The notes: generated by a model not told the origin, from the sequence alone. Shown: positions 1 through 8,821, numbered from the stretch's first letter. The stretch: 64,000 bases of DNA from Dehalococcoidia bacterium (GCA_030608005.1 JAUWIX010000002.1:817-64816), one strand, 5' to 3'. Translations and numbers: made by a program.

Positions 1-81
1 AACAAGCTTCTGTAATTTCATTGTGGTCATAAGCCCTTGTTTCTCTAGTATATATTTTGCAACATCAAATACATTAGCCAT
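1..81 (-). CDS. Partial CDS (first 27 codons, continues past window edge): DUF4065/Panacea-domain (SocA/GepA-like antitoxin) protein
   Basis: The reverse strand from the ATG at 81 reads MANVFDVAKYILEKQGLMTTMKLQKLV, a typical N-terminus of Panacea/DUF4065 proteins. It is truncated by the window edge, so it is absent from the ORF track. Confidence 0.45.
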   Translation of the reverse strand, partial: MANVFDVAKYILEKQGLMTTMKLQKLV

Positions 82-204
82 ATCTATCCCCTCTGTCACA
101 CTCCTACTATAATTTTAACACTATATCCGCCTTTGTCAATACCCGTACTATGCATTTTAGCACATATGTTCCATTATTGCAAGTTACTTATGTCCCCGGT
201 ATAC

Positions 205-540
205 TTACCTTCTTTCTATATCCTGCTTGGTTAACTCTTGAAAGAAGCAGGTCTTGTTGCCGGTGTGACACACCGGACCGGTTGGCTTTCCTTTAATGAG
301 GATGGTATCGCTATCGCAGTCCTTCCATATTGAACGAACCTTGATAATGCTGCCCGAGGTTTCTCCTTTGTGCCATAACTCCTGTCGGCGGCGACTATAA
401 AACCAGACCTCACCGCTGGACAGGGTTCGGCGCAGTGCCTCTTCGTTCATGTAGGCCATCATCAGCACCTCGCCGGTGTCGGCATCTTGAGCTATAGCCG
501 GGATAAGCCCCTTTTCGTTGAACTTTAGATTTTCTATCAA
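205..540 (-). CDS. hisI: Phosphoribosyl-AMP cyclohydrolase
   Basis: The conserved HisI core is present (GLIPAIAQD...EVLMMAYMN...WFYSRRR...WHKGETSG...CHTGNKTCF). The likely start is the TTG at 540, directly after GGGGGTGAGG. The track ORF extends to a TTG at 615 through a repeat element. Confidence 0.85.
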   Translation of the reverse strand: MIENLKFNEKGLIPAIAQDADTGEVLMMAYMNEEALRRTLSSGEVWFYSRRRQELWHKGETSGSIIKVRSIWKDCDSDTILIKGKPTGPVCHTGNKTCFFQELTKQDIERR

Positions 541-627
541 CCTCACCCCCTGTGTCCCCCTCTCCTTTCCAGGAGGGGGGGAGGGATAATTCTTGAAGGG
601 GCGAAGCCCCTTCAAACTTCCCCCAGG
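541..627. repeat. GC-rich mosaic hairpin repeat (two hairpin modules)
   Basis: It has a cctcaccccc terminus and a ccccctctcc...ggaggggggg hairpin. It also has a ttgaaggggc-gaa-gccccttcaa hairpin at 593-615. The same modules recur at 9 other loci. Confidence 0.8.
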
Positions 628-648
628 TAAAACTGTTTTGGCTCCTAC

Positions 649-1365
649 CTAGCTAATAGCGTCTAGCGCCTGTTTTAAGTTTATATCCCCGGTATAGAGT
701 GCCTTGCCGACTATGGCGCCCTCGGCACCGAGTGATTTGAGCATTCTGAGGTGGTTTAGCGATGAGATGCCACCGGCGGCGATGACAGGCGCTCTGATGG
801 CGTTTATTAGCTCAGCGATAGCAGCAAAGTTGGGCTCGGTGAGGGTGCCATCGCGGTTGATATCGGTATAGATAAAGCGCCTTACCCCCAGTTTTACCAT
901 AGATTGGGCAAATTCTACCGCCCTTAGCTCTGTTTCCTGGCGCCAGCCATGGATAGAAATATATCCTTCTCTGGCATCAATGCTAACAATAATAGATTCT
1001 CTGAACTTCTGACACGCCTGTTCAATCAGCCTCGGGTCTTCCACGGCGGCTGTGCTCAGAATGACCCGCTCTATGCCAGCTTTGAGCATTTGCTTAACGG
1101 TTTCCAGTTGGCGGATGCCGCCACCCAGTTGAGTAGGAACTAATATCGCGCTGGCTATCTCGGTAACAATGTCCAGATTGTAGACCTCTCCCCTAACTGC
1201 ACCATCAAGGTCAACAATATGCAGTCTTGGTGCCCCTAATGATTGCCACTGTAAAGCTGCCTCTAGCGGGTCATCAGAGAATATCGTCTCCTGCTCATAA
1301 TCACCCTGATAGAGGCGAACGCACTTACCATCTCTAATGTCTACGGCAGGGATAATTTCTATAAT
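649..1365 (-). CDS. hisA: ProFAR isomerase (1-(5-phosphoribosyl)-5-[(5-phosphoribosylamino)methylideneamino]imidazole-4-carboxamide isomerase)
   Basis: The frame is open from the TAG at 1371-1369. Its translation IIEIIPAVDIRDGKCVRLYQGDY is the canonical HisA N-terminus. There is no ATG/GTG/TTG before 1089, so the start must be ATT (1365) or ATA (1362), after the SD AGGTAGG at 1374-1368. Confidence 0.85.
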   Translation of the reverse strand: MIEIIPAVDIRDGKCVRLYQGDYEQETIFSDDPLEAALQWQSLGAPRLHIVDLDGAVRGEVYNLDIVTEIASAILVPTQLGGGIRQLETVKQMLKAGIERVILSTAAVEDPRLIEQACQKFRESIIVSIDAREGYISIHGWRQETELRAVEFAQSMVKLGVRRFIYTDINRDGTLTEPNFAAIAELINAIRAPVIAAGGISSLNHLRMLKSLGAEGAIVGKALYTGDINLKQALDAIS

Positions 1366-1373
1366 AACCTACC

Positions 1374-2945
1374 TTATAGATTGATATTGGAATACTTTCG
1401 CCAGGGTCTGGCGAGGAATGCCTTGTTATCCTTATTCTTATCTTCCAGGATACCCAGCGCTCTATTGATGACTTTCCTGGTATCGCTGGGCATTATTATA
1501 TCGTCAATATAGCCTCGCTCGGCACCTCTATATGGGTTTTCATAAATTTCGTCGTATTCCTTGATTCTTTTGGCTCGCGTTTCTTCCGGGTTTGCTGATT
1601 CTCTTATCTCCCTGGCGAAGATAACGCTGGCGGCAGTTTCGGCACCAACGATGGTAACCCGAGCTGTGGGCCAGGCAAAGACAAGGTCAGCGCCAATACC
1701 CTTATCCAGCATGCCGTAGTGGGCGCCGGCGTAGGACTTGCGTAGGATGATTGAAATCAAAGGCACAGTGGCGTCAGCCCAGGCAAATAGCATTTTGGCG
1801 CCATGGCGCAGGATACCCTTCCAGTCCTGCTCAGAGCCTATCATATAGCCGGGGCAGTCGCCGAGAGTAACCACCGGGATGTTGAATAGGTCGCAGAATC
1901 TGACGAACCTTGCCCCCTTGTCTGCAGCATCAATATCAATAATTCCTGCTGCCCACATTGGTTGATTTGCCCAGATACCCACCGGGCGACCATTAAACCG
2001 AGCAAAACCGGTGATTACACTCTTGGCGTGGTCTTTCAGTGTCTCAAGGAAATAGCCATCATCTGCTATGGCATGAATTACCTTGTACATATCGTAGGGT
2101 TGGGTTGGGCGGTCGGGAATTATGGTATCCAGTTCGGGGCAGGTGCGCCACGGGTCATCCTTAGTCTCGATGCGAGGTGGCTTTTCTCTATTGTTAGATG
2201 GGAAGAAGGATAGAAGCTCCTTGGCTTTGTCTATGGCATCTTTATCGTCCTCGGCTATTATATGGGTTTGCCCAGATTTAATGGCATGGGCTTTCCAGCC
2301 AGAGAGTTCTTGAAGTGAGATTTCCTCCCCGAGCTGGGTCTTGACAAAAGCGGGACCGGCAATTCCCATAAAGCCAGTGTGTCTGGTTTGGATGAGGAAA
2401 TCCTGCATTATCGGGTGATAGGCTTGCCCTCCCAGGCAGGGACCCATCAGCAAGGCTATCTGAGGGACTATCCCTGACGCCAGGCATTGAGCCCGGAATA
2501 TCCGACCATAAGCCTCCAGGGTATCCATTCCTTCCTGGAGTCGGGCACCACCGGAATCGTTCATCCCTATAAATGGCCACCCCTTCTCCTTGGCGAAATC
2601 CATAGCTTGAGTTTCTTTCATGCCATGATATTCGCCGAAGGTTCCAGCCATAGCCATAAAGTCCTCGGCAAAGGCAACAACATATCTGCCATTTACCTTG
2701 CCGTAGCCGGTTACCACTCCCTCGGCGGGCACCTCCCTTTTATCCATGCCAAAATGGATGGTTCTATGCTTGACGAATAAGCCTATCTCGGTGAAAGTGC
2801 CGGGGTCAAAAAGGTATTCTATCCTTTCCCTGGCTGTCCACTGTCCCCCTTTATGGCGCTTTTCAACAACCTCGGGGGGTGCCATCTGCTCTATTTTGGC
2901 TCTCTTCTGCTTGTATTGCTCAATTAGCTCTTCGGTTGTTGCCAT
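1374..2945 (-). CDS. Acyl-CoA carboxyltransferase (methylmalonyl-CoA decarboxylase alpha / propionyl-CoA carboxylase beta family)
   Basis: The 523-aa protein has the typical carboxyl_trans organisation (FGMDKREVPAEGVVTGYGKVNGR, MNDSGGARLQEG, GPCLGGQAY, GYMIGSEQDWKGILRHGAKM). Confidence 0.85.
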   Translation of the reverse strand: MATTEELIEQYKQKRAKIEQMAPPEVVEKRHKGGQWTARERIEYLFDPGTFTEIGLFVKHRTIHFGMDKREVPAEGVVTGYGKVNGRYVVAFAEDFMAMAGTFGEYHGMKETQAMDFAKEKGWPFIGMNDSGGARLQEGMDTLEAYGRIFRAQCLASGIVPQIALLMGPCLGGQAYHPIMQDFLIQTRHTGFMGIAGPAFVKTQLGEEISLQELSGWKAHAIKSGQTHIIAEDDKDAIDKAKELLSFFPSNNREKPPRIETKDDPWRTCPELDTIIPDRPTQPYDMYKVIHAIADDGYFLETLKDHAKSVITGFARFNGRPVGIWANQPMWAAGIIDIDAADKGARFVRFCDLFNIPVVTLGDCPGYMIGSEQDWKGILRHGAKMLFAWADATVPLISIILRKSYAGAHYGMLDKGIGADLVFAWPTARVTIVGAETAASVIFAREIRESANPEETRAKRIKEYDEIYENPYRGAERGYIDDIIMPSDTRKVINRALGILEDKNKDNKAFLARPWRKYSNINL

Positions 2946-3052
2946 TTTGATAACCCTTCTCCTTTCAAATTTATTATCATTTTGGGGCTTAACAGGCTTG
3001 GTGTATTATATCATTATTGTTGCCGGGTTAACAACGCCGCCAGCTTGTTCCT

Positions 3053-3318
3053 GAGCTAGTTCAGATAGATAGGTGACACAGATTATCATGTTTCGTTTCT
3101 CTATAGCGTTGACCCTATCCCCCTGACCCCCTTCCCCTGGAGGGGAAGGGGGAAGTTGTTTTAAGAGGGGGCTTTGCCCCCTCTTTTTTATTCCTCCCCC
3201 TCCCTTTGTAAGGGAGGGGGAGGAAGCGGGTTCCCAGGAAAATCGAAGATTTTTCTGGTGCTTAAAGGGGGTGGGTTGCTAAGTAAATGTCCAAGGGGGT
3301 GAGATTAATAAACAATCT
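3053..3318 (+). mobile_element. MITE-like mosaic hairpin element (largest copy), flanked by a 12-bp direct repeat
   Basis: The T1 terminus gagctagttcagatagataggtgacacagattatcatgtttcgtttctc is followed by three GC hairpin modules and the T3 end taataaacaatct. The sequence cagcttgttcct occurs at both 3041-3052 and 3319-3330. Confidence 0.7.
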
Positions 3319-3348
3319 CAGCTTGTTCCTTGACACGGCTGGGTCAGG

Positions 3349-3963
3349 TTGTTAAACTATGCTCACTGTTGGTCAGCTTTTCGTTTAGGTGCTTCATTGG
3401 TTGGGAAGGCATCATCATATAACGCTCTGTCACCACAACCATGGCGCAGGGGTCTGGTTCAGATTTTCACTGGCGATGGGAAGGGGAAGACTTCAGCAGC
3501 CATAGGGGCAGTAATCCGAGCCTTGGGTCATGGTCTTAGGGTTTATATTGTCTATTTTATGAAAGGCGATTATCCCTATGGTGAACGCAATATCCTATCT
3601 CAGCTACCCAATGTTACTATGGGTAGTTTTGGGTGTGGGGGCTTTGTTGACCCAGCAAATATCAAGCCTGAGGAAAAGGAGCAGGCAAAACGGGCTTTAG
3701 CTGCTGCCCGTGAGGCTATGCTCAGCGGCGGCTATGAGCTGGTGGTTTTGGATGAGGTGAATCTTGCCGCAGCCTGGAACTTAGTTGAACTGGATGAGGT
3801 GGTCAGGCTTATTGATGATAAACCCGAGGATGTGGAGCTTATCCTTACCGGTCGCCGGGCTGATAGTAAGCTGGTTAAATCGGCTGACCTGGTTACTGAG
3901 ATGCTGAAGATTAAGCACCCTTATGATGAGGGGGTGATGGCGCGAGAGGGGATTGAGTATTAA
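3349..3963 (+). CDS. cobO: Cob(I)yrinic acid a,c-diamide adenosyltransferase (CobO/CobA family)
   Basis: It has the GLVQIFTGDGKGKTSAAIG P-loop and YELVVLDE, typical of CobA/CobO. The real start may be the TTG at 3397, after the SD TAGGTG. Confidence 0.8.
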   Translation: MLNYAHCWSAFRLGASLVGKASSYNALSPQPWRRGLVQIFTGDGKGKTSAAIGAVIRALGHGLRVYIVYFMKGDYPYGERNILSQLPNVTMGSFGCGGFVDPANIKPEEKEQAKRALAAAREAMLSGGYELVVLDEVNLAAAWNLVELDEVVRLIDDKPEDVELILTGRRADSKLVKSADLVTEMLKIKHPYDEGVMAREGIEY

Positions 3964-3991
3964 TCAAGCTCTGTAGAGGAAAGGAGGAATT

Positions 3992-5092
3992 ATGAGCATT
4001 ACATTGAGTGTAATCAAGGCTGATGTTGGTGGTTATGTGGGGCATTCTGAATCTCATCCCGATATTTTAGCCAAGGCTAGGGAGCATATGGCCAAGGCTA
4101 AGCAACAGGGGTTGCTGGTCGATTATCATGTAACCAAGTGTGGAGATGACCTGCAACTGATTATGACCCACCAGCATGGTGAGGAGAATGAAAAAATCCA
4201 TAAGCTTGCCTGGGATACCTTTGTTGACTGCACCCAGGTAGCCAAAAGTCTGAAGCTTCACGGTGCTGGGCAGGATTTGCTGGTTGAAGCTTTTACCGGC
4301 ACGGTTAAGGGGATGGGTCCCGGGGTAGCTGAAATGGAATTTGAGGAACGCGCTGCTGAGACCGTTATTATCCTTATGGCTGATAAGACCTCAGCTGGGG
4401 CATGGAATATGCCGCTATATAAGATGTTTGCTGACCCATTTAATACTATTGGATTAGTTATCGCACCTAATATGCACACCGGTTTTGCCTTTGAAGTGCA
4501 CGATGTAAAGGAGCATCGGAGAATAACCTTTAACGCCCCTGAGGAGATTTATGATTTACTTGTTTTCATAGGGGCGCCCTCACGCTACATGGTAAAGGCA
4601 GTCTATCACCGAGAAACCAAGGAGATAGCCGCTGCATCTTCTACCCAGCGTCTATCCCTGATTGCTGGTCGGTATGTGGGCAAGGATGACCCGGTGTGTA
4701 TTGTGCGTTCTCAAGGGCAATTCCCGGCGGTAGGTGAGGTGCTGGAACCATTCACTTTACCCCTGCTGGTGGAGGGCTGGATGCGAGGTTCGCACCACGG
4801 TCCCCTTATGCCGGTAGCTATTGAGGATAGTACCCCCACCCGCTTTGATGGACCACCACGAGTGGTAGCTCTTGGCTTCCAGCTCTCTGGAGGCAAGCTG
4901 ATAGGGCCCCGTGATATGTTTGCTGATAAGTCCTTTGATAACGCCCGTCAGCAGGCGAATGACATAGCCGATTTTATGCGTCGCCACGGTCCCTTTGAGC
5001 CGCATCGTCTGCCCTTGGAAGGGATGGAGTACACCACCATGCCTCAGGTAATGGAGAAGCTGGAGGGAAGATTTATCCCCCTGGCGGATTAA
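3992..5092 (+). CDS. fbp: Fructose-1,6-bisphosphate aldolase/phosphatase (class V FBPase)
   Basis: The N-terminus is MSITLSVIKADVGGYVGHS, the length is about 366 aa, and overall conservation matches the archaeal-type bifunctional FBP aldolase/phosphatase. Confidence 0.9.
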   Translation: MSITLSVIKADVGGYVGHSESHPDILAKAREHMAKAKQQGLLVDYHVTKCGDDLQLIMTHQHGEENEKIHKLAWDTFVDCTQVAKSLKLHGAGQDLLVEAFTGTVKGMGPGVAEMEFEERAAETVIILMADKTSAGAWNMPLYKMFADPFNTIGLVIAPNMHTGFAFEVHDVKEHRRITFNAPEEIYDLLVFIGAPSRYMVKAVYHRETKEIAAASSTQRLSLIAGRYVGKDDPVCIVRSQGQFPAVGEVLEPFTLPLLVEGWMRGSHHGPLMPVAIEDSTPTRFDGPPRVVALGFQLSGGKLIGPRDMFADKSFDNARQQANDIADFMRRHGPFEPHRLPLEGMEYTTMPQVMEKLEGRFIPLAD

Positions 5093-5096
5093 GAGC

Positions 5097-5696
5097 ATGC
5101 CTAAGCTCCTCCTGGCAACAAACAATAAAGCCAAGGTGCAGGAATATAAGAGTCTGCTCCAGAACCTACCCTTTGAGCTGGTTACCTTGGCTGAGCAGGG
5201 TATTACTACTACGGTCAGTGAGGTGGGGGAAAGCCTGGAGGAGAATGCTAGATTAAAGGCAACGGTGCTGGCTGCCGAGAGCCACTTATTAGCCCTGGCT
5301 GATGATTCTGGGCTAGAGGTGGATGCCTTGGGCGGTGAGCCCGGTCGACTTTCAGCTCGCTATGCTGGCGAGGGTGCCTCAGATAGGGATAGGGTTGACT
5401 ACTTATTAGCTAAGCTCAGGGGGGTGCCCTGGGAGAGGCGCTCTGCTCGTTTCAGGTGTGTTATTGCTATAGCTACACCTGATGGTGAGGTAGAGCTTTG
5501 TTCCGGCGAGTGCCGTGGCTTTATAACCTTTGAGCCAATGGGAGAGCAGGGCTTTGGCTATGACCCGGTGTTCTACCTTGCTGAGCTAGATAAGACCATG
5601 GCTGAGCTATCTTTGGAAATAAAAAACCAGGTTAGCCATCGGGGGCAAGCAGCAAGGAAGGCATGCCAGTTGCTCAGGAGGAGGTATAATCTATGA
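5097..5696 (+). CDS. rdgB: Non-canonical purine NTP pyrophosphatase (RdgB/HAM1)
   Basis: Motifs LLATNNKAKVQE, ALADDSGLEVDAL, GFGYDPVF and SHRGQA are present. Confidence 0.85.
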   Translation: MPKLLLATNNKAKVQEYKSLLQNLPFELVTLAEQGITTTVSEVGESLEENARLKATVLAAESHLLALADDSGLEVDALGGEPGRLSARYAGEGASDRDRVDYLLAKLRGVPWERRSARFRCVIAIATPDGEVELCSGECRGFITFEPMGEQGFGYDPVFYLAELDKTMAELSLEIKNQVSHRGQAARKACQLLRRRYNL

Positions 5697-6679
5697 CCGG
5701 ACTTTCTGACTCCTTCCAGCGTCCCATAAATTATCTGCGTATCTCGGTAACCGACCGCTGTAATCTGCGCTGTATCTATTGCCTGCCACCTGGTGGTGTT
5801 CGCCTGCTCTCTCATGGGGAAATCCTCACCTATGAGGAAATCCACACCATAGCCCGGGCAGCCGCTGAGCTAGGGATAAATAAGATAAGGCTCACTGGTG
5901 GCGAGCCCCTGGTGAGGTCGGGGTTGCCCGAGCTGATACAGATGCTGGCTCAGATAGAGGCTATAGATGATATTTCTCTGACCACAAACGGGACTTTGCT
6001 CAGTCACTATGCTGCTGAGCTAAAGCAGGCAGGGCTACGGCGAGTTAATGTCAGTCTAGATACCCTTAAGCAGGATAAATTTGAATTCATTACCCGCCTT
6101 GGCAATAATCTTGGCCAGGTGCTGGAAGGCATTGAGGTTGCCAAGGCGGTGGGGCTTAATCCAGTTAAGCTTAATATGGTGGTTATGTCTGGTGTTAATG
6201 ATGATGAGCTTCTTGATTTTGCTGGCAAAACCATCGCCGAGGATTGGCATGTTCGCTTTATTGAGCTTATGCCTGTTACTGGTGAGGGCAGCACAGCCCC
6301 GAAGTTTGTCTCAGCCGGCGAGATGAGGCAGCGGCTTGAGCTACTGGGGGAGCTGGAGCCCTGCCTGCCCAGTATAGGCAATGGACCAGCCAAGTATTTT
6401 CGTCTTCCTCATGCCAAGGGCACCGTTGGCTTTATTACTCCGGTGAGCGAGCATTTCTGCTTTCGCTGCAATCGGCTGCGGCTTACTGCTGATGGTAAGC
6501 TCCGCCCCTGTCTGTTGAGTGACTACGAAATAGACCTTAAGCAGCCTCTGCGTAGTGGCATATCTTCGGCAGGGTTGAAGCAACTGTTCGAGGAAGCAGT
6601 GGCTAATAAGCCACTGCGCCATCATCTGGCAGAGGGCTACGTGCCTAAAGAGCGACCGTTCTCTCAGGTGGGAGGTTAA
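5693..6679 (+). CDS. moaA: GTP 3',8-cyclase (radical SAM)
   Basis: It has LRISVTDRCNLRCIYC (CxxxCxxC), a C-terminal CFRCNRLRLTADGKLRPCL and an ATGA overlap with rdgB. Confidence 0.9.
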   Translation: MTGLSDSFQRPINYLRISVTDRCNLRCIYCLPPGGVRLLSHGEILTYEEIHTIARAAAELGINKIRLTGGEPLVRSGLPELIQMLAQIEAIDDISLTTNGTLLSHYAAELKQAGLRRVNVSLDTLKQDKFEFITRLGNNLGQVLEGIEVAKAVGLNPVKLNMVVMSGVNDDELLDFAGKTIAEDWHVRFIELMPVTGEGSTAPKFVSAGEMRQRLELLGELEPCLPSIGNGPAKYFRLPHAKGTVGFITPVSEHFCFRCNRLRLTADGKLRPCLLSDYEIDLKQPLRSGISSAGLKQLFEEAVANKPLRHHLAEGYVPKERPFSQVGG

Positions 6680-6681
6680 TC

Positions 6682-7158
6682 GTGGAGGAGCTAACTCATA
6701 TAGATGCGCAGGGTCGCCCCCGCATGGTGGATGTTTCTGGTAAGCCTGATACCCAGCGTGAGGCGGTGGCTAAAGGCGTGGTCAGGATGCAGGCTTCTAC
6801 CCTTGACCTATTAAAGAAAGGTCCCATGCCCAAGGGGGATGTTCTGGCTGTAGCCCAGCTAGCTGGCATCATGGCAGCCAAGCAGACGCCTCATTTAATA
6901 CCTTTGTGCCATCCAATCCTTATTGCCGACATTAAGGTTGAGTTCAGCCTGGACGAGGAAAATAGTGCCGTGGAGATTACCACCACGGCGAAGAGCACAG
7001 GTAAGACCGGGGTGGAGATGGAGGCACTTACCGCTACGGCGGTCGCCGCTCTAACCATCTATGATATGTGTAAGGCGGTAGACCGGAGCATGAAAATTGA
7101 GAATATACATCTGGTTAAAAAAAGCGGTGGCAAAAGCGGGACAATTACCCTTGAGTAA
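6682..7158 (+). CDS. moaC: Cyclic pyranopterin monophosphate synthase
   Basis: It has LTHIDAQGRPRMVDVSGK, TPHLIPLCHP and GVEMEALTA motifs, with a GTG start. Confidence 0.9.
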   Translation: MEELTHIDAQGRPRMVDVSGKPDTQREAVAKGVVRMQASTLDLLKKGPMPKGDVLAVAQLAGIMAAKQTPHLIPLCHPILIADIKVEFSLDEENSAVEITTTAKSTGKTGVEMEALTATAVAALTIYDMCKAVDRSMKIENIHLVKKSGGKSGTITLE

Positions 7159-7215
7159 AAATAATTATTGGTATATACTACTCTATTATCAGCAATGTGT
7201 TTTTGGGGGTGTATT

Positions 7216-8358
7216 ATGAAGTTATCATGTCTTCAGGAGAACCTAAATCGGGGACTCGGTGTGGTGGGGAGGGCAGTAGCTACCAGGACCACCCTGCCTA
7301 TAACCAACAACGTCCTCTTATCTACAGACCAGTCGCGGCTCAAGCTGGCTGCCACCAATCTGGAAATGGCTATTAGCTGCTGGATTGGTGCTAAGGTGGA
7401 GGAGGAAGGGGCAATCACTGTTCCCGCCCGGCTTCTCACCGAGTTTATCAGCTCCCTTCCCAGCGAGAAGGTGGATATTAGCCTTTCCCCTCAGACCAAG
7501 ACCTTAGGGTTAAAGTGTGCCCGATTTGAGGCGCGAATCAGCGGGGTTGATGCCAAGGACTTTCCTCCTATACCCAAGGTTGATGAGGGTATTACCACCA
7601 AGGTTGATGTAGAAGCTCTCCGTCAGGGGATTACCCAGGTTGTGTTTGCCGCTGCCACTGAGGAGTCTCGCCCGGTACTTACCGGTATTGATGCTGAGTT
7701 TGACGGTGATTTGCTGACACTAGCGGCGGCTGATGGCTTTAGATTAGCCGTATATAAGCTACCTCTTGCCGAACCAGTTAGCCAGAAGACTGAGGTCATT
7801 ATTCCAGCGCGGACACTGGCTGAGCTAAATCGGCTTATGGCTGAGCAGGAGGAGGCGGTTGAGATAACGGTAAACCCCAATAAGAGTCAGGCTCTATTTC
7901 GGCTGAAGAATATTGAGCTAGTTTCCCAGTTGATTCAGGGCACCTTCCCCAATTATGCCCAGCTCATTCCCCAGAGCTACAATACCAGAGCGGTAGTTAG
8001 TGTTAACGATTTCGTGAGAGCAACCAAGACAGCCTCTATCTTTGCCCGTGATGGCAGTGGCATTGTCCGCTTGGTGATAGCCCCTGGTGGTGAGCTAACC
8101 CCGGGCAAGGTAATAGTTTCAGCCAGGTCTGAAGAGATTGGCGATGATGTTGGTGAGATTGATGCCATCGTCGAGGGTGAGGAGGCGAAGATTGCCTTCA
8201 ATGGCAAATATCTAACCGATGTCCTGAGTGTACTTCGTGAGGCGCAGGTAGCCCTGGAGACCACCAACTCATCAAGCCCCGGTGTTGTCCGCCCTGTCCG
8301 CCCAGTAGGGGTAGATAACTACATCCATGTGGTCATGCCGATGTTTGTTCAGTGGTGA
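7216..8358 (+). CDS. dnaN: DNA polymerase III beta sliding clamp
   Basis: MKLSCLQENLNRGL... is a typical DnaN N-terminus, and the C-terminal PMFVQW is like the clamp terminus. The ATG at 7216 is preferred over the track start at 7168. Confidence 0.9.
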   Translation: MKLSCLQENLNRGLGVVGRAVATRTTLPITNNVLLSTDQSRLKLAATNLEMAISCWIGAKVEEEGAITVPARLLTEFISSLPSEKVDISLSPQTKTLGLKCARFEARISGVDAKDFPPIPKVDEGITTKVDVEALRQGITQVVFAAATEESRPVLTGIDAEFDGDLLTLAAADGFRLAVYKLPLAEPVSQKTEVIIPARTLAELNRLMAEQEEAVEITVNPNKSQALFRLKNIELVSQLIQGTFPNYAQLIPQSYNTRAVVSVNDFVRATKTASIFARDGSGIVRLVIAPGGELTPGKVIVSARSEEIGDDVGEIDAIVEGEEAKIAFNGKYLTDVLSVLREAQVALETTNSSSPGVVRPVRPVGVDNYIHVVMPMFVQW

Positions 8359-8582
8359 TAAAATCTACCGGAACAGTAGGCTAAGGCTAGAGTAGGTTAC
8401 TATTCTGCATAGAAACTGCTTATCCAGGGAGACCTCTCAGGTGCATCCCCTTTAGTCGTGCACCAGGTGTATGCCGGGCATGTTATACGGAAAGCCCGCA
8501 CAAGAGGGCGAAGTGTTACACAGAGGCGTAGCTGGTGTGGAAAAGTTCTCTTTGGTGGGCAGCATGGAGTTCGGCGCTTTAT

Positions 8583-8792
8583 CTATTTCAGAACCACCCC
8601 CGTCCCGTAGGTTAGCACCTCAGCCGCATTCTGCATTATCATTGAGGTAGAAAACCTCATGCTGACCACAGCGTTAGCCCCTTTTTTCTCGGCATCCTCC
8701 GCCATCCTCTGGATGGCTTCTTCTCTAGCCTCAGCCATCATCTTGGTGTACTCGGTTATCTCACCACCAACTATACCTCGCAGTCCAGCCAT
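8583..8792 (-). CDS. YbjQ/UPF0145 family protein, apparently N-terminally truncated
   Basis: GRDIMAGLRGIVGGEITEYTKMMAEAREEA...GANAVV matches the YbjQ core. The frame is open only to 8855, has no canonical start upstream of 8792, and overlaps the 3' end of the neighbouring gene. Confidence 0.55.
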   Translation of the reverse strand: MAGLRGIVGGEITEYTKMMAEAREEAIQRMAEDAEKKGANAVVSMRFSTSMIMQNAAEVLTYGTGVVLK

Positions 8793-8821
8793 AATATCCC
8801 TGCCTACATACCCCTTCTGGC

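Noticed and set aside
7216-8358. dnaN as a marker of the replication origin
   Set aside because: No dnaA gene is adjacent. I saw no clustered TTATCCACA-like DnaA boxes in the flanking spacers (7159-7215, 8359-8582). Here dnaN follows moaC.
8359-8582. 224-bp convergent intergenic region between dnaN and ybjQ with several stem-loops (e.g. ggtgca...tgcacc at 8440-8465) and a CUGAGA-containing stretch on the minus strand, considered as a TPP riboswitch or sRNA
   Set aside because: The thi-box (ACCUGAUCUGGAUAAUGCCAGCG) is absent. No gene lies downstream in either orientation. I recognise no known RNA family. It could still hold terminators or an sRNA, but the sequence alone does not support a call.
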